From Candidatus Gastranaerophilales bacterium (lineage in GTDB: Bacteria; Cyanobacteriota; Vampirovibrionia; Gastranaerophilales; CAJFVJ01), in assembly GCA_028694275.1 (NCBI GenBank), contig JAQUTS010000001.1, forward strand, positions 1 to 46,272: DNA of 46,272 bases, read 5' to 3'. Position numbers and translations under genes: made by a program. Of the stretch, positions 44,854 through 46,272 are shown piece by piece. Under the pieces are notes generated by a model. That model was given only the letters and a program-made list of their open reading frames with translations. It had not been told where the DNA came from and did not search any database. Each line of letters starts with the position of its first letter. Within the stretch, counting starts at the first letter, position 1.

Positions 44854-46212
44854 ATGGAAAAAATATTACGGGAGTTAGTTAAAATCACTGCCAAAATATA
44901 TTTTAAATTGCTATATAAGAAAAACGAAGTCTCATCTTATATTCCTGTTTCGGGCAAATTTTTAGATGAAAAGGACCTTTGCAATATTATTGATGCTTCT
45001 CTGGATTTATGGCTTACGGCTGGTAGATTTAATGATCAATTCGAAAAAAAGTTTGCCCAATATTTAGATGTCAAATATGCAATTACAACTAACTCAGGTT
45101 CAAGTGCAAATTTATTGGCAATATCAGCACTTACTTCTTGGAGGCTTGGAGATTCTTGTCTTAAACCTGGAGATGAAGTTATAACTGTTGCGGCTGGTTT
45201 CCCTACTACGGTTACTCCTATCATACAAAATGGGTTGGTCCCGGTTTTTATTGACTGTGAACTGGAATCATATAATATTGATGTATCTTTGATAGAAGAA
45301 GCTATTACGACTAAAACAAAAGCTATTTTTATTGCTCATACTTTAGGTTCACCTTTTAACTTGTCAAAAATCAAAAAAATATGCGATAAGCATAAACTTT
45401 GGCTTATTGAAGATAGTTGTGATGCTTTGGGTGCTACTTATGAAGGGCAAAATGTTGGCACAATAGGGCATATTGGGACGTTTAGTTTTTATCCTGCGCA
45501 TCACATAACAATGGGCGAAGGTGGTGCTGTTGTTACAAATGATCCCAAATTGAATAAGATTTTGAAATCTTTTCGTGACTGGGGTAGAGATTGTTGTTGT
45601 CCTCCAGGTAAAGACAATATTTGTAAAAAACGTTTTGATATGCAATTAGGAAATTTACCCCATGGCTATGACCATAAATATACTTATTCTCATGTCGGAT
45701 ATAATTTAAAAATTACTGATTGGCAAGCTGCAAACGGAGTTTCTCAGTTGGAGAAATTGCCCGTTTTCTTACAAAAAAGAAAAAGGAATGCCCTCTACCT
45801 CTTAGACAAATTACAGGATTTAAATGAATATTTTATTTTACCAAGCCCCAATATAGTTAATGTGGAGCCTTCTTGGTTTGGTTTTTTAATCTCAGTCAGG
45901 CCACTAGCTCCCTTTAGTAAGCAAGAGCTTGTCGAGCATTTAGAAAATAATAATATCGCGACTCGTCAATTATTTGCCGGTAATATATTAAGACAGCCTA
46001 TGATGACTGAGAGTAATATACCTTTAAGAATAGGCGGGTCTCAATTATTATATTCGGATAAATTAGTTGAAGAGGATTACAGTTTGTTGCCTAATACTGA
46101 TTTTGTCATGAATCATACTTTTTGGGTAGGTACATTCCCAGCATTAAAAAAAGAACACTTAGACAAAATTAGTAATGTTATACATGATTTTGTGGGTAGG
46201 AGAATATCTTGA
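44854..46212 (+). CDS. rfbH: CDP-6-deoxy-L-threo-D-glycero-4-hexulose-3-dehydrase (E1, RfbH/DdhC)
   Basis: LDLWLTAGRFNDQFEKKF and SGSSANLLA. FYPAHH carries His where aminotransferases have the Schiff-base Lys. Exact C-X57-C-X1-C-X7-C spacing (codons at 45418, 45592, 45598, 45622). I prefer ATG 44854 to TTG 44842. Confidence 0.9.
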   Translation: MEKILRELVKITAKIYFKLLYKKNEVSSYIPVSGKFLDEKDLCNIIDASLDLWLTAGRFNDQFEKKFAQYLDVKYAITTNSGSSANLLAISALTSWRLGDSCLKPGDEVITVAAGFPTTVTPIIQNGLVPVFIDCELESYNIDVSLIEEAITTKTKAIFIAHTLGSPFNLSKIKKICDKHKLWLIEDSCDALGATYEGQNVGTIGHIGTFSFYPAHHITMGEGGAVVTNDPKLNKILKSFRDWGRDCCCPPGKDNICKKRFDMQLGNLPHGYDHKYTYSHVGYNLKITDWQAANGVSQLEKLPVFLQKRKRNALYLLDKLQDLNEYFILPSPNIVNVEPSWFGFLISVRPLAPFSKQELVEHLENNNIATRQLFAGNILRQPMMTESNIPLRIGGSQLLYSDKLVEEDYSLLPNTDFVMNHTFWVGTFPALKKEHLDKISNVIHDFVGRRIS

Positions 46213-46272
46213 AATTTACGGAATTGCGTTTAAAAGGTGCTTATTTGATTGAACTTGAACCTTATCTCGATG
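46209..46272 (+). CDS. 5' end of an RmlC-like (cupin) sugar-nucleotide epimerase, truncated by the window edge
   Basis: The TTG overlaps the rfbH stop (TTGA). The translation, MKFTELRLKGAYLIELEPYLD, matches the usual N-terminus of the dTDP-4-dehydrorhamnose 3,5-epimerase family. Confidence 0.55.
   Translation, partial: MKFTELRLKGAYLIELEPYLD

Noticed and set aside
1-46272. Window-wide search by eye for CRISPR repeats, tRNA/rRNA genes, transposase or integrase genes, prophage modules and toxin-antitoxin pairs.
   Set aside because: None was recognised. Apart from 10162-10723, the intergenic spacers are short and hold only terminators or RBS regions. A tRNAscan, Infernal and ISfinder pass would be the decisive check.

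Overview
Gene-dense, low-G+C bacterial chromosomal segment with about 48 protein-coding genes. I recognised no rRNA, tRNA, CRISPR array, transposase or integrase. Most of it is housekeeping. This includes the rpsF-ssb-rpsR operon, dapF, a ribE-ribBA-ribH riboflavin block, a YqeG-type phosphatase, a U32 peptidase, a Ctp protease and mnmA. It also includes an M20 peptidase, an SNF2 ATPase, rdgB, uppS, a PadR regulator with a DAACS symporter and a D-2-hydroxyacid dehydrogenase, and a radical SAM gene coupled to an AI-2E transporter. Further on are lysA-cdaA, thioredoxin-ccdA, a SpoIID/LytB-domain protein and murJ. Three things suggest a Cyanobacteria-related, probably non-photosynthetic lineage (Melainabacteria/Vampirovibrionia-like): the lysA-cdaA adjacency, an LdpA-like Fe-S protein, and a CcdA/thioredoxin pair. 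This is inference only. The less ordinary parts are: (i) two tandem giant ORFs at the left edge that share an EF-hand-containing C-terminal cassette; (ii) an orphan 109-aa gene behind the only long (~560 nt) ORF-free stretch; (iii) a 42-aa ORF missing from the track that is paralogous to the N-terminus of its downstream neighbour; (iv) an SNF2 protein with an apparently zinc-less SWIM-like region; (v) a right-hand envelope/glycan region (about 32.6-46.3 kb). That region holds three GT2 genes, a Rossmann-like LYGAG module present three times (two fused, one free-standing), an uncharacterised 292-aa protein, and a CDP-3,6-dideoxyhexose pathway (rfbF-rfbG-rfbH plus an epimerase start). I see no clear novel multi-gene system such as a defence island, so the findings are scored moderately.
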